Both the position numbers and the translations under genes were made by a program. A stretch of DNA of 33,559 bases from a virus. Its lineage: Duplodnaviria > Caudoviricetes. The stretch lies in the IMG/VR virus record IMGVR_UViG_3300010206_000041, positions 1 through 33,559 of that record; one strand, written 5' to 3'. The notes beneath the pieces were generated by a model. The model was not told the DNA's origin. It did no database searches and saw only the letters and a list, made by a program, of their open reading frames with translations. Of the stretch, positions 8,721 through 17,461 are shown piece by piece (within the stretch, counting starts at the first letter, position 1; every line of letters begins with the position of its first letter).

Positions 8721-8945
8721 TCATTTCCCTGGATGGCAGACATTGCACGCCTCCAGGCCCATTTTCTTTGCACTCTCAATCGTTGTTTCGAGGACTTGCT
8801 TCGACTTCTTGATGGTCCGACAAGTCTGGACGTGGTACTTCCCCCCTTTTGGGGTGTAGTAGACCGAAGTGGTCGAAGCCTGGGCCACGATGGTGACCAA
8901 GAAGAGGAGTAGGAGGAAGACGGTTACCCTTCGGTACACACTCAT
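8721..8945 (-). CDS. Small secreted/membrane protein with Ada-like metal-binding domain
   Basis: Hydrophobic N-terminus, then VYYTPKGGKYH..TC...AKKMGLEACNVCHP; ATGA overlap with ankyrin gene stop. Confidence 0.8.
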   Translation of the reverse strand: MSVYRRVTVFLLLLFLVTIVAQASTTSVYYTPKGGKYHVQTCRTIKKSKQVLETTIESAKKMGLEACNVCHPGK

Positions 8946-9910
8946 TTCTTCATCGCGTCCTTCAGCGTTTTTCGTACCGTACTTGTCTTTAGGTACCTGT
9001 TCTGGTCCAAGTAATCGAGGGCGGTACGACCGGTATCGTCTTCCAGGTTCGGGTTGGCTCCGGCCTTCAAGAGCGCAGGGATCGCCCAAGCAGTAGAAGC
9101 GTCGTGCTGAGCCAGAGTCATCAGCGGGGTCGTTTTCATGTATGTGCCGGGGATATTTGGATCCAAACCTTTTGCTAACAGGTAGTCAATGACTTCTTTC
9201 TCCGCATCTGGCCACACTGCCGTGTTGATGACCGGGACTCTAGCCCTGTTTAGAACCTTCGCACTGAGACCGCCATCAAAGAACATCTTGAGAATCTCAA
9301 GTGTCTGGCGGTTCTCCATGCCGGCCCTATGAAAGACTGCCAACACAGAAACCGTGCCTGGAATGTCTTTTTTATCGAGGCACTTTGTGAAAAGGAGCTT
9401 CACGACCCTGAGATCCTCATTAAACTCCAGGGCTGAATCTAGGGCTGTAGCACCTACATCGTTTTTTGCCGTAGGATTTACACCCAACGCCAAAACGCTC
9501 TTGACCTTATCGAGCGACCCCTTTTCCGCAACAGAGGATAAAAGGGTCTTATTCTGGAAAGTTGCATTTAGGTCCACCCCGTGTTCGGCCAGGAAGACAA
9601 GGACTTGCGGGTTTTCGGATTTTGCAGCTGAAAAAGCTAAAGGCTCACCATAGGGCCCCAGGCTGGAAACCTTGGCACCGGCTTCAACGAGTGCCTGAAG
9701 GATTTCCATATTCCCCTTTGCCGCTGCAAAGTGGATCAAAGGGCCATTTTCATAATCAAAGAATTCATAGTCTGCACCTGATGCGAGAGCTAGTTTTACT
9801 TTTTCTGGTGAGTCGTAGGTGATCGCCCTGATCAAATCGTTCGTGGCGTCATTTTGACCAAAAACAGCTGTGGCACAGAGCAGAAACAAGACTCCGACTA
9901 GGTATTTCAT
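8942..9910 (-). CDS. Secreted ankyrin-repeat protein
   Basis: Signal peptide MKYLVGVLFLLCATAVFG; repeats LIHFAAAKGNMEILQALVEAGAKV, GATALDSA, TTPLMTLA, LLKAGANPNLEDDTGRTALDY. Confidence 0.9.
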   Translation of the reverse strand: MKYLVGVLFLLCATAVFGQNDATNDLIRAITYDSPEKVKLALASGADYEFFDYENGPLIHFAAAKGNMEILQALVEAGAKVSSLGPYGEPLAFSAAKSENPQVLVFLAEHGVDLNATFQNKTLLSSVAEKGSLDKVKSVLALGVNPTAKNDVGATALDSALEFNEDLRVVKLLFTKCLDKKDIPGTVSVLAVFHRAGMENRQTLEILKMFFDGGLSAKVLNRARVPVINTAVWPDAEKEVIDYLLAKGLDPNIPGTYMKTTPLMTLAQHDASTAWAIPALLKAGANPNLEDDTGRTALDYLDQNRYLKTSTVRKTLKDAMKK

Positions 9911-9911
9911 T

Positions 9912-10712
9912 TCACATTTTCCTCATGCCGTAGCGAGCCCGGCCGACGACCTCAATCTCTTCGGGCCTCGCCTCAAAGGGGCTGTACTTGGGGTTGTCGC
10001 TGATGACAAGGACCGCGCCTGGGCGTTTTGATAGACGCTTCACCAGGCCGTGTCCGTCGAGACGAACGGCATAGACCCCGTCCCCGTCCCAGCCCTGCTT
10101 GTCGCAAAGCACCATGTCGCCGTCGTACAGGGTTGGTTCCATTGAATCGCCCGATACGCTCAGGGCTGCAATGTTGTTGCCAAAACGGCGGAGGGCACGG
10201 GGCACTTCAATGTAACCAACTACAGTGTCGGCTTCCTGAAGGTCAGCTCCTGGGCCTGCGGAGAGTGCCTGATCGAGAAGAGGAACTACGAAAGCCCCCT
10301 CGCCCGGCACGCTATCCTTAATGGCCAGAAGGCGCTCTCGGTCGGCAACCTGCCGTTCGAGCCTGACGATTCGGCCCACCACATCGGCAGGCGTCTCAGG
10401 GTCTAGGGTTCTTGCCACCGACATGACCTGCTCATGGGCTTCTTTACTAACCCCAAGACCGACACTGGGCCCCTTCAGGAAGGGGCTGGGACGGAACATT
10501 TCACCTTCGCCGGAAAGATAGGCTGGGTTGAGGCCTATCCGATCTATCAGCTTCAGAAGGAAGTCGGAACCAGGGTTCTTGGATCGCCCCGTTTCGATCT
10601 CGCTGATCAACTGAGGTCGAACATCTAGTTTTCGGGCAAGCTCAGCACCGGATAAACCAGATTTTCTTTTCACTTCGCTGATAAAAACAGGCCAGTCAAT
10701 CATTTTTCTCAC
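9912..10712 (-). CDS. Prophage repressor, XRE HTH plus S24 autopeptidase (CI/LexA-like)
   Basis: LSGAELARKLDV...ISEIETG HTH; SAGPG cleavage site, VSGDSMEP Ser, LVKRL Lys. Confidence 0.92.
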   Translation of the reverse strand: MRKMIDWPVFISEVKRKSGLSGAELARKLDVRPQLISEIETGRSKNPGSDFLLKLIDRIGLNPAYLSGEGEMFRPSPFLKGPSVGLGVSKEAHEQVMSVARTLDPETPADVVGRIVRLERQVADRERLLAIKDSVPGEGAFVVPLLDQALSAGPGADLQEADTVVGYIEVPRALRRFGNNIAALSVSGDSMEPTLYDGDMVLCDKQGWDGDGVYAVRLDGHGLVKRLSKRPGAVLVISDNPKYSPFEARPEEIEVVGRARYGMRKM

Positions 10713-10718
10713 GTAATC

Positions 10719-10787
10719 CTATAAATCAGTTGACATGACTGATATATCAGCCGATAATCAGAACATCGGAGGGCGAGTATTCGCCCT
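10719..10787 (+). promoter_or_regulatory. Early promoter with overlapping operator and 5' hairpin
   Basis: TTGACA 10730-10735, 17 bp, GATAAT 10753-10758; perfect palindrome CTGATATATCAG 10739-10750 with related ATCAG half-sites; stem AGGGCGA/TCGCCCT 10770-10787. Confidence 0.8.
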
Positions 10788-10790
10788 TGA

Positions 10791-11132
10791 ATGAAAAGAG
10801 AAAGGCGACCCGACGGCGACAACCTTGTGGTCACCCTCTCTCAAAGGACGGTTTCAATTATGGTTCAAACGGGAAAACCCGTCAAACCCTTTCCGTATGC
10901 TCCCGCCGAGGTCAGAAAGGCCAAGATCCGGTATCTACTGGCTCTCCGGGGGACCAACTTAAAGGGGCTCCACAAGCTCCTCGCTTGTAATCCTTCCTAT
11001 CAGTTCATGGCTCGAGTGGCCGAGGGGGAACGGAAGTCTGCCACCCTCGAAACCAGGATCGCGGGTGCCCTGGGAGTTACCCGTGACCAATTGTTTGGTG
11101 GCGAGAGCCTTGAGATCTGGAGGGTGGCATGA
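10791..11132 (+). CDS. Ner/Cro-like HTH regulator (start may be 10860)
   Basis: KIRYLLALRGTNLKGL...RIAGALGVTRDQLF; divergent from repressor. Confidence 0.75.
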   Translation: MKRERRPDGDNLVVTLSQRTVSIMVQTGKPVKPFPYAPAEVRKAKIRYLLALRGTNLKGLHKLLACNPSYQFMARVAEGERKSATLETRIAGALGVTRDQLFGGESLEIWRVA

Positions 11133-11335
11133 CCATCAAGGTTACCCATCGCGGCCCTAGCGTGGGCCTTTACAAGCCGCTTCCTGAGATTGCCAACCGT
11201 AGCGACGGGACAATCATCGTGCAGTATGAGCGGAACGACCGGCCCCACCGGGTTCTGATCCCAGCCACCCAGCGTCGGGGGCTGTACTTCGTCACCGCCA
11301 TGGACATCGTCCGATGGGTGGAGGGGGCATCATGA
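11129..11335 (+). CDS. Hypothetical protein
   Basis: ATGA-coupled on both sides within early operon. Confidence 0.65.
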   Translation: MTIKVTHRGPSVGLYKPLPEIANRSDGTIIVQYERNDRPHRVLIPATQRRGLYFVTAMDIVRWVEGAS

Positions 11336-11559
11336 CCGCCCCTGTGCTCGACAAGGTCGAAGAGACCCTCAAGCCCTGCCCCTTCTGCGGCTCAGTCCCC
11401 ATGCTGGATCGGCCGCTCGATGATGACGACAAGCCCCTATCGACGGGCTACTGGATCTTCTGCACCGGGTGTGACGCCTTCCTGGGTGGGGTGGCCGATG
11501 AATCGACCATCGAAGACGTGGTGGGTCAATGGAACCGCCGGACTAGGGGTGCCGAATGA
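11332..11559 (+). CDS. Lar-family restriction alleviation Zn-ribbon protein
   Basis: LKPCPFCGS...IFCTGC...QWNRR. Confidence 0.8.
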   Translation: MTAPVLDKVEETLKPCPFCGSVPMLDRPLDDDDKPLSTGYWIFCTGCDAFLGGVADESTIEDVVGQWNRRTRGAE

Positions 11560-11789
11560 AAGACCCCAAAGAGCTAGATGTCCGCAGAGAAGTGGGCTGG
11601 GTCGATGACAACTTTGTCGAGCTGGTCGTCAGCCATGTCAAAGGCAAGTACCAAGTCTCTGTCTTATTAAATGGTGACGTGCGAGAGATCAAAGCTGTGG
11701 ACCACGCGATCGACGCGGCGATGATCCTCGATGCCATCGAGTTCGACGTCTTGAAACCCTATCAACGTAAACAAGGAGTTGCCGTATGA
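11556..11789 (+). CDS. Hypothetical protein
   Basis: ATGA-coupled in early operon. Confidence 0.65.
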   Translation: MKDPKELDVRREVGWVDDNFVELVVSHVKGKYQVSVLLNGDVREIKAVDHAIDAAMILDAIEFDVLKPYQRKQGVAV

Positions 11790-12391
11790 CTGACGTTCCT
11801 CAAACAATGACCGACAGCCAGGGGAGGCTTGTCCCCATCGACTTGGTGAAGCCGATCGACAAATTGCGAGATCAGACCGTCCGCCTGATTGTCGGAAGGG
11901 CCCATATGCTCCGCCAGGCGGTGGTCACGTTCAAGGCTGACACCATGGCCGACCTGACGGAGTTTCTTGCCACCAGCGCCCAGGAGTACGGCAAGGTCTA
12001 CGGTGGTGAAAAGGGCAACGTCACACTGATGAGCTACGACGGCCAGTACAAGATCCTGATCGCCATCGATGAAAGCATTGTCTTTGACGAGCGTCTGCAG
12101 GTCGCCAAGACGATCATCGACGAGTGCATCGTGCGCTGGTCCCTGGGGGCTCGGGACGAGATTCGGGCCTTGATCAACGATGCCTTCTACGTCGACAAGG
12201 CCGGGCGGCTGAACACCAACCGTATCCTCGGGCTCCGCCGGCTGGACATCGTCGACCTTGATTGGAAGAGGGCGATGCAAGCCATCACCGACAGCGTGCA
12301 GGTGTCCTCCACCAAGCAGTACGTCCGAATCTACGAGCGCAACGACAAGGGCGAGTACCAGCAGATCGCCCTCGACCCGGCGAAGGTGTGA
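11786..12391 (+). CDS. DUF3164 family Mu-like phage protein
   Basis: DSQGRLVP..LVKPIDKLRD, GGEKGNVTL.SYDG, FDERLQ.AK..IDEC, SSTKQYVRIYER. Confidence 0.88.
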   Translation: MTDVPQTMTDSQGRLVPIDLVKPIDKLRDQTVRLIVGRAHMLRQAVVTFKADTMADLTEFLATSAQEYGKVYGGEKGNVTLMSYDGQYKILIAIDESIVFDERLQVAKTIIDECIVRWSLGARDEIRALINDAFYVDKAGRLNTNRILGLRRLDIVDLDWKRAMQAITDSVQVSSTKQYVRIYERNDKGEYQQIALDPAKV

Positions 12392-12393
12392 CG

Positions 12394-12681
12394 ATGAGCG
12401 CCCAACATCGAATCATCGACCTGGTCGAGGTGCTGGCCAAATCGGGCCGCGACGGGATGGCGAACAAGGACCTTTGCGCCGCCCTGAAGCTGTCGGCGAC
12501 CACGGTCTGCCGCGACCTCGACGTGCTCAAGGACGGGGGGTGGATGGAGCGGACCTTTGACGGCAACGCCCGCCTGACCCCCCAGTTTGCCAATTGCGCG
12601 AACCTGATGGCCCGGAGTTTCCAAGAGGCCAAACTGCGGCTGAGTGCCGACGAAGAACGCTACCGGAGTGCCATGCAATGA
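12394..12681 (+). CDS. Small IclR/DeoR-like HTH protein
   Basis: GMANKDLCAALKLSATTVCRDLDVLKDGGW; typical upstream of B3-type transposases. Confidence 0.8.
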   Translation: MSAQHRIIDLVEVLAKSGRDGMANKDLCAALKLSATTVCRDLDVLKDGGWMERTFDGNARLTPQFANCANLMARSFQEAKLRLSADEERYRSAMQ

Positions 12682-13613
12682 GTGATGAATCAACCCCTGT
12701 TTCAGAAGTTCAGGACGTTCCCAAAGCCGCCCGCCGGGGTCGCCCGACCCTGGCCCAGATGACCGCCGGCCAAGACCCCGTCGCCCTCGAAAGGGAGATG
12801 GAAGAAGACCGCCGGCTGGCCCTGGTCGAGAAGCAGTACGGCGACGACCTGCCCTTTGATCAACACCGGCTAGAGAATGAAATCGTCTTTTACTTCAAGC
12901 AATCGGCCAACGCCTACTTCGAAGCCGGAAGGCGCTTGGTCCGCCTCAAGGAGCACGTCGGACACGGGGCATTCATGACGTCCCTTGAGCGGATTGGTCT
13001 CGAGTATGAAGTAGCCAAGAAGACCATGTTCACGGTGAGGAAGTTCATCGAGGCGAACGCTGCAAAAGAGGAAGCGTTTACCACTTTGAGTCCTTCCAAG
13101 CTCTACGAGGTTGCCCTCTTGGATTCCTCTGATATCGAGGAACTTGCGGCTGGTGGAACAGTGGCGGGAAAGACCGTTGACGACCTCGAGAAGATGACTG
13201 TCCGCGAAATCAAAGAAACCTTCCGTAGGGAACGCGAAGACCGCAAGGCAAAAGACGCTGCCAGGGAAGATGCGATCGCCAAGAAAGAAGAGATGATCAA
13301 CAAGCTCGAACGAGAACTTCGGGGGACTCCTGATCGAAGCCTTCGGGAAAAAGCTGGCATTGAGCTCTGGGATTGGAAGGCCAGGTTCACGGTTCGGTGT
13401 CAAGAGCTGATCGCGACCATGGATCTGATGGAGGAGATCTTGAATGCCACGACGCTGATTCCCGATGTGAGTCTGGAGCAGATCAGGGCCTTTGCTGATG
13501 AGCTGGTCGATGGGGGGACCGCAGGGGTTTTCACCCGCTGGGAGGCTCTGACCGAACTGATCAACGGCCTCCGGCCAGCCGGGGAGGAAGAGAGTGTTCG
13601 CCGCCTGGGCTGA
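12678..13613 (+). CDS. DUF3102-like protein
   Basis: FEAGRRLVRLKEHVGHGAFM..LERIGL; GKTVDDLEKMTVREIK. Confidence 0.75.
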   Translation: MSDESTPVSEVQDVPKAARRGRPTLAQMTAGQDPVALEREMEEDRRLALVEKQYGDDLPFDQHRLENEIVFYFKQSANAYFEAGRRLVRLKEHVGHGAFMTSLERIGLEYEVAKKTMFTVRKFIEANAAKEEAFTTLSPSKLYEVALLDSSDIEELAAGGTVAGKTVDDLEKMTVREIKETFRREREDRKAKDAAREDAIAKKEEMINKLERELRGTPDRSLREKAGIELWDWKARFTVRCQELIATMDLMEEILNATTLIPDVSLEQIRAFADELVDGGTAGVFTRWEALTELINGLRPAGEEESVRRLG

Positions 13614-15357
13614 GAGGATGGCCGAGGCCAAAACAGCGAAAGAGCGGACCGCAGTGGTGACCGAGGTGTCCCGTCTGGCCGGAGTGTCCATGGACAAGGC
13701 CTACAGGATTCTCCATGAGCATGGCTGGTCGAGCGGGCGCAAGCGTCGCCAAGATGCCGGTACCACAGGTCAGGACGAGCTGGCTTTGAAGTTTCTGGCT
13801 GCCATTGTGGTCGAGGGGGTTCGCAAGAACGGAAAGGCCACCATGACCGTTCCCCAGGCCCGCTCCATCCTCGAGCAGAATGGATTCCAATTCGCGGTCG
13901 GGGACTCCCGGATCAGAGAACTATTACGGAGGACGAAGATGGATTTGAAAAGCCTGGCCAAGCCGGCCCCGGCCCAGTACATGCGAAGTCTGCATCCCAA
14001 CCATGTTCACATGGTCGACCCCAGCCTGGCCCTGATCTACTACGCCCCCGATGGGAGCCAGTATGTCATTCATGATGACGAGGCATACAAGAACAAGCCC
14101 GCCTTCATGAAGGGCAAGGAACATCTGCGGTGCTGGCGCTACGTGTTGACCGACCACTACTCCGGGACGATCTGCACCCGCTACTACCAGGCCGACGGCG
14201 AGAACATGGTGAACCTGTTTGACTTCCTGCTGTTCGCTTGGGGAAAGAAGGCCGATCCCATGTACCACTTTCATGGTCTTCCGGAACTCCTAATCCTTGA
14301 CCCGGGGTCGGCCAACGTGTCCAAGCCCATGGTGCGGGCACTGTCCAGCCTGAGGGTCAACGCCAACCCGCACCTGCCGGGCAACCCCCGGGCCAAAGGG
14401 TCGGTGGAGGGGGCAAACAACCTGGTGGAACTGGGACTGGAGAGCCGACTTCGGTTGGAGCCTGTCAACTCTGTAGCCGAGCTGAACGTTCTGGCCGACA
14501 ACTGGTGCGCCGCCTTCAATGCCAACCAGATCAAGGGAAAGGACTGTCAGCTCACCAGAAACGGCATGCGGCTCGGAAGTCGCCTTGGCCTTTGGGACCG
14601 CATCACCGTCGACCAGCTGAAGGAACTGCCCGATCCCGAGATCTGCCGACTTCTCCTCAGCTACGAACCAGTGACCAGAATCCTCGACGGCCACCTGAGC
14701 TTCAGCTACGACTACCCCAAGGTTGGCAGGCAACTCTACTCGATGTACGGCCAGCCGGGCTTGATCGTCGGGAGTGAGGTGTTGGTCCAGCCCCTGTTGG
14801 TTGAGTCCGAGGCCATGATGTTGGTCAGCTGGAAGAATGGCCTGGAGGATATCGTCACCGAGGTGAGGCCGATGGAAAAGGATACCGCAGGATTTGCCAT
14901 GCTCGGGGCTGTCTACGGCGAAGAGTACAAGAGGCCCAAGGATACTGTCGCTGACACAAACCGGAAAGAACTTAAGAGGCTGGCGTACGGCACCACCGAG
15001 CCCAAGCGTGGAGCCAGGCCCTTCGCGGATCTCAACGACGGCCAAGGGCTCAAGGCCCACTCCTTCATCAAAACCGACGGGTGGGACGAGATGGACATCA
15101 AGCCTTCCCCGAAGACCGGCACCCCCATCGAAGTCACCGCCGCCGATGTAGTCAAACCCGAAGAGGTTGTCTGCACCGCGACCGAGGCCGTGAAGAGAAT
15201 CAAGCCCAAGCTCTTCCCCTCTGACCTGCCCGCCGGCTACCTGACCGAGCTGAAAAACCGCTACCCCAACGGTGTGCCCACCAGCCACCTCGACGACCTG
15301 GCCCACGAGATCCTGGCCGGAAATACCAAACTCACCACACTCTTCAAGGAGGCCTGA
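13594..15357 (+). CDS. DDE transposase (MuA-equivalent, B3-type)
   Basis: HPNHVHMVDPS, YVLTDHYSG, LILDPGSAN, GNPRAKGSVE catalytic-type motifs. Confidence 0.9.
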   Translation: MFAAWAERMAEAKTAKERTAVVTEVSRLAGVSMDKAYRILHEHGWSSGRKRRQDAGTTGQDELALKFLAAIVVEGVRKNGKATMTVPQARSILEQNGFQFAVGDSRIRELLRRTKMDLKSLAKPAPAQYMRSLHPNHVHMVDPSLALIYYAPDGSQYVIHDDEAYKNKPAFMKGKEHLRCWRYVLTDHYSGTICTRYYQADGENMVNLFDFLLFAWGKKADPMYHFHGLPELLILDPGSANVSKPMVRALSSLRVNANPHLPGNPRAKGSVEGANNLVELGLESRLRLEPVNSVAELNVLADNWCAAFNANQIKGKDCQLTRNGMRLGSRLGLWDRITVDQLKELPDPEICRLLLSYEPVTRILDGHLSFSYDYPKVGRQLYSMYGQPGLIVGSEVLVQPLLVESEAMMLVSWKNGLEDIVTEVRPMEKDTAGFAMLGAVYGEEYKRPKDTVADTNRKELKRLAYGTTEPKRGARPFADLNDGQGLKAHSFIKTDGWDEMDIKPSPKTGTPIEVTAADVVKPEEVVCTATEAVKRIKPKLFPSDLPAGYLTELKNRYPNGVPTSHLDDLAHEILAGNTKLTTLFKEA

Positions 15358-15358
15358 C

Positions 15359-16216
15359 ATGCTCAGCCTGCAAGCCCGCAAACAATTCGCCATCACCAAG
15401 GACCCCTTCACCGACGACATCGCCAGCGCGGCCGATGTCTACCTCAACGACCGGATCAGCTTCGGGGTGGAGTACCTCTACCAGACAGCCAAGGCCGGAG
15501 GGATGATGGCCCTCCTTGGCGAGTCCGGATCTGGCAAGACCACCGTCAGGCGACTGGCCACCGACCGGTGGCAGAGCGAAGGCCAGAAGGTTCGGGTCAT
15601 CAGTCCCCGGTGCATCGACAAGACCCGGTTGACCGCCAGCCTGATCTGCGATGCCATCATTCAAGATTGCTCCACGGAACCACCCAAACGGACCCTTGAG
15701 GGCAAAGCCCGCCAAATCGAACGGATTCTGACCAATTCCAGCCGGGCCGGCTGGAACCACGTGCTGATGATCGAAGAGGCTCACGACCTGACGATCAACA
15801 CCCTCAAGTACCTGAAACGGTTCTGGGAGCTTGAAGACGGTTTCAAGAAGCTCCTCGCCATCGTCCTGGTCGGCCAGGTCGAAATGAAGTCCAAGCTTGA
15901 TGAGAGCCGCAACTGGGAAGCCCGGGAGGTGATCCGCCGGATCGAGGTGGTAGAACTGGACCCTCTGGCCAATGGCAAAGAAATCGGTGATTACCTCACC
16001 CTCAAATTCCGCCGGCTGAACCTCGACCGCAACCAGGTCATCAGCGACGAGGGGTGTGAGGCCTTGGCCGCTCGGCTAAGGCGCAAGACCCGAGAAGACG
16101 TGGTCTACTCGGTGGCCTTCCCGCTCTTGATCAACAACTGGACCCGGCGTGCCTTGAACATGGCTGCTGACCTGGGCGCCGAACTGGTCGATGCCGAAGT
16201 CATCGGTAGCCTCTGA
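15359..16216 (+). CDS. Transposition AAA ATPase (MuB-equivalent, ExeA-like)
   Basis: GESGSGKT Walker A, LMIEEAH Walker B, IVLVGQ; AAGGAGG SD. Confidence 0.9.
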   Translation: MLSLQARKQFAITKDPFTDDIASAADVYLNDRISFGVEYLYQTAKAGGMMALLGESGSGKTTVRRLATDRWQSEGQKVRVISPRCIDKTRLTASLICDAIIQDCSTEPPKRTLEGKARQIERILTNSSRAGWNHVLMIEEAHDLTINTLKYLKRFWELEDGFKKLLAIVLVGQVEMKSKLDESRNWEAREVIRRIEVVELDPLANGKEIGDYLTLKFRRLNLDRNQVISDEGCEALAARLRRKTREDVVYSVAFPLLINNWTRRALNMAADLGAELVDAEVIGSL

Positions 16217-16226
16217 GGTGCCGGCA

Positions 16227-16316
16227 ATGAATCAGACACAACTGGGGACTGTGCTGATGGTAGCGATGATGGTCGTGTTCGTTGTCCTGCCATTCATCTG
16301 CATCTGTATCCAATAA
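16227..16316 (+). CDS. 29-aa single-TM peptide (below ORF-track cutoff)
   Basis: GAGGTG SD; MNQTQLGTVLMVAMMVVFVVLPFICICIQ fills intergenic gap. Confidence 0.5.
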   Translation: MNQTQLGTVLMVAMMVVFVVLPFICICIQ

Positions 16317-16336
16317 AAACCTGGGAGGGGAACGAC

Positions 16337-16531
16337 ATGAAAAAGGTGGTCAGCGTGACCTTCGAGGACTATGAAGATGTCGAGGAGTTCGCCAAGAGGA
16401 TGGGACTTGGAAACGTGCCTAATTTGGTTCGTTATGCCGTCAAACAGTACCAGAGCTGTTCTTGGAAGAAAGAGCCACGGAAACTAGTTTCCGGCGCGGA
16501 TGGTGGCAAGCCTGAGACCAAGGCGGGATGA
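16337..16531 (+). CDS. Small ribbon-helix-helix-like protein
   Basis: KKVVSVTF strand then two helices; GGGAGGGG SD. Confidence 0.6.
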   Translation: MKKVVSVTFEDYEDVEEFAKRMGLGNVPNLVRYAVKQYQSCSWKKEPRKLVSGADGGKPETKAG

Positions 16532-16532
16532 C

Positions 16533-16991
16533 ATGGACCGTAAAAAGCTCATCCAGCTGATTCATGTCGCCAAAACCAAGCTTGGCCTGTCGGAGGACCG
16601 TTACCAAGCGGTCCTCGATGGGGCCACAGGTAAAGGCTCGTGTGCCGACATGAGCGTCCTTGAACTGAGCAAGGTTCTGGACGCCATGAAAGCGCTGGGG
16701 TTCAACCTCAAGGCTGGAAAACGCAACCCGGTCAGGGATGGCGAGGTGACTGGATCGCCGGATCGGCTGACCGGTCGGCAGATTTACTATATCAAAGGCC
16801 TCTTCGACCTGGCCTGCCGGTCCACCAGTGAGAAAGCGCTGAGGGCCCTGATCAAGCGCCAGACAGGAGTTGAGGACATCTCCTTTGTTCCAAGGGCCAA
16901 GGCTTCAGCATTGATCATGATGTTGCGAGACATCACGACGAAAGCCGGGTTCGACCCCAACGGGCCGAGGGGGTCGAATGACCCAGCTTAG
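16533..16991 (+). CDS. gemA: GemA/Mu gp16 (DUF1018) protein
   Basis: RKKLIQLIHVAKTKLGL...TGKGSCADMS..EL.KVLDAMKALGF. Confidence 0.88.
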   Translation: MDRKKLIQLIHVAKTKLGLSEDRYQAVLDGATGKGSCADMSVLELSKVLDAMKALGFNLKAGKRNPVRDGEVTGSPDRLTGRQIYYIKGLFDLACRSTSEKALRALIKRQTGVEDISFVPRAKASALIMMLRDITTKAGFDPNGPRGSNDPA

Positions 16992-17415
16992 CAGCGAAAT
17001 GGTCACCGTGGTCACCTTGGCCGGGGCCGACCGTTCAGTGGCCATCCGAGCCGTGCGTGCTCTACTGCGGGAATTCGGCGGTCAACTGATCTACTTCCCT
17101 GCGGCCCGGGAAACCTCAAAGCAGGTGGAAAGGTTGCGGGGTGTGTTGGAGGAGGAGATTGGCGGTGGTGCCGAGAAGGTAATCGAGGCGTGGTCTCGGG
17201 TCTATGGAGGGGCCCAGCTGTACCTTCCCTTGGAGCACCGAGCCTTTCGCGATGAGATTGCCGATGAGATCTACCGTCGCTACGACGGTAAGGCCGACAC
17301 GATGAATGAACTCTGCAAGGAATACCGGACCAGCTACGTCCAGATCTACCGGCTGTTCCATCTGGGGCAGGAGAGGAAGACCCAGCCAGACATGTTTGCC
17401 TCTGACCGGGATTAA
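16978..17415 (+). CDS. Mor/C-family transcription activator
   Basis: FGGQLIYFP and YGGAQLYLP motifs; RDEI...ELCKEYRTSYVQIYR HTH; follows gemA. Confidence 0.85.
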   Translation: MTQLSSEMVTVVTLAGADRSVAIRAVRALLREFGGQLIYFPAARETSKQVERLRGVLEEEIGGGAEKVIEAWSRVYGGAQLYLPLEHRAFRDEIADEIYRRYDGKADTMNELCKEYRTSYVQIYRLFHLGQERKTQPDMFASDRD

Positions 17416-17461
17416 CAGCCCTTAGCTCAGCCAATTCTTTCACCTTTGAGATACTGCCTGC
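17413..17461 (+). promoter_or_regulatory. Activator-dependent leaderless promoter 2 (PI-equivalent)
   Basis: TAACAGCCCTT 49 nt before ATG 17462; TGaGATACT ending 6 nt before ATG. Confidence 0.75.

Noticed and set aside
14290-15420. 376-aa minus-strand ORF
   Set aside because: Shadow of the transposase in GC-rich DNA; no recognisable motifs
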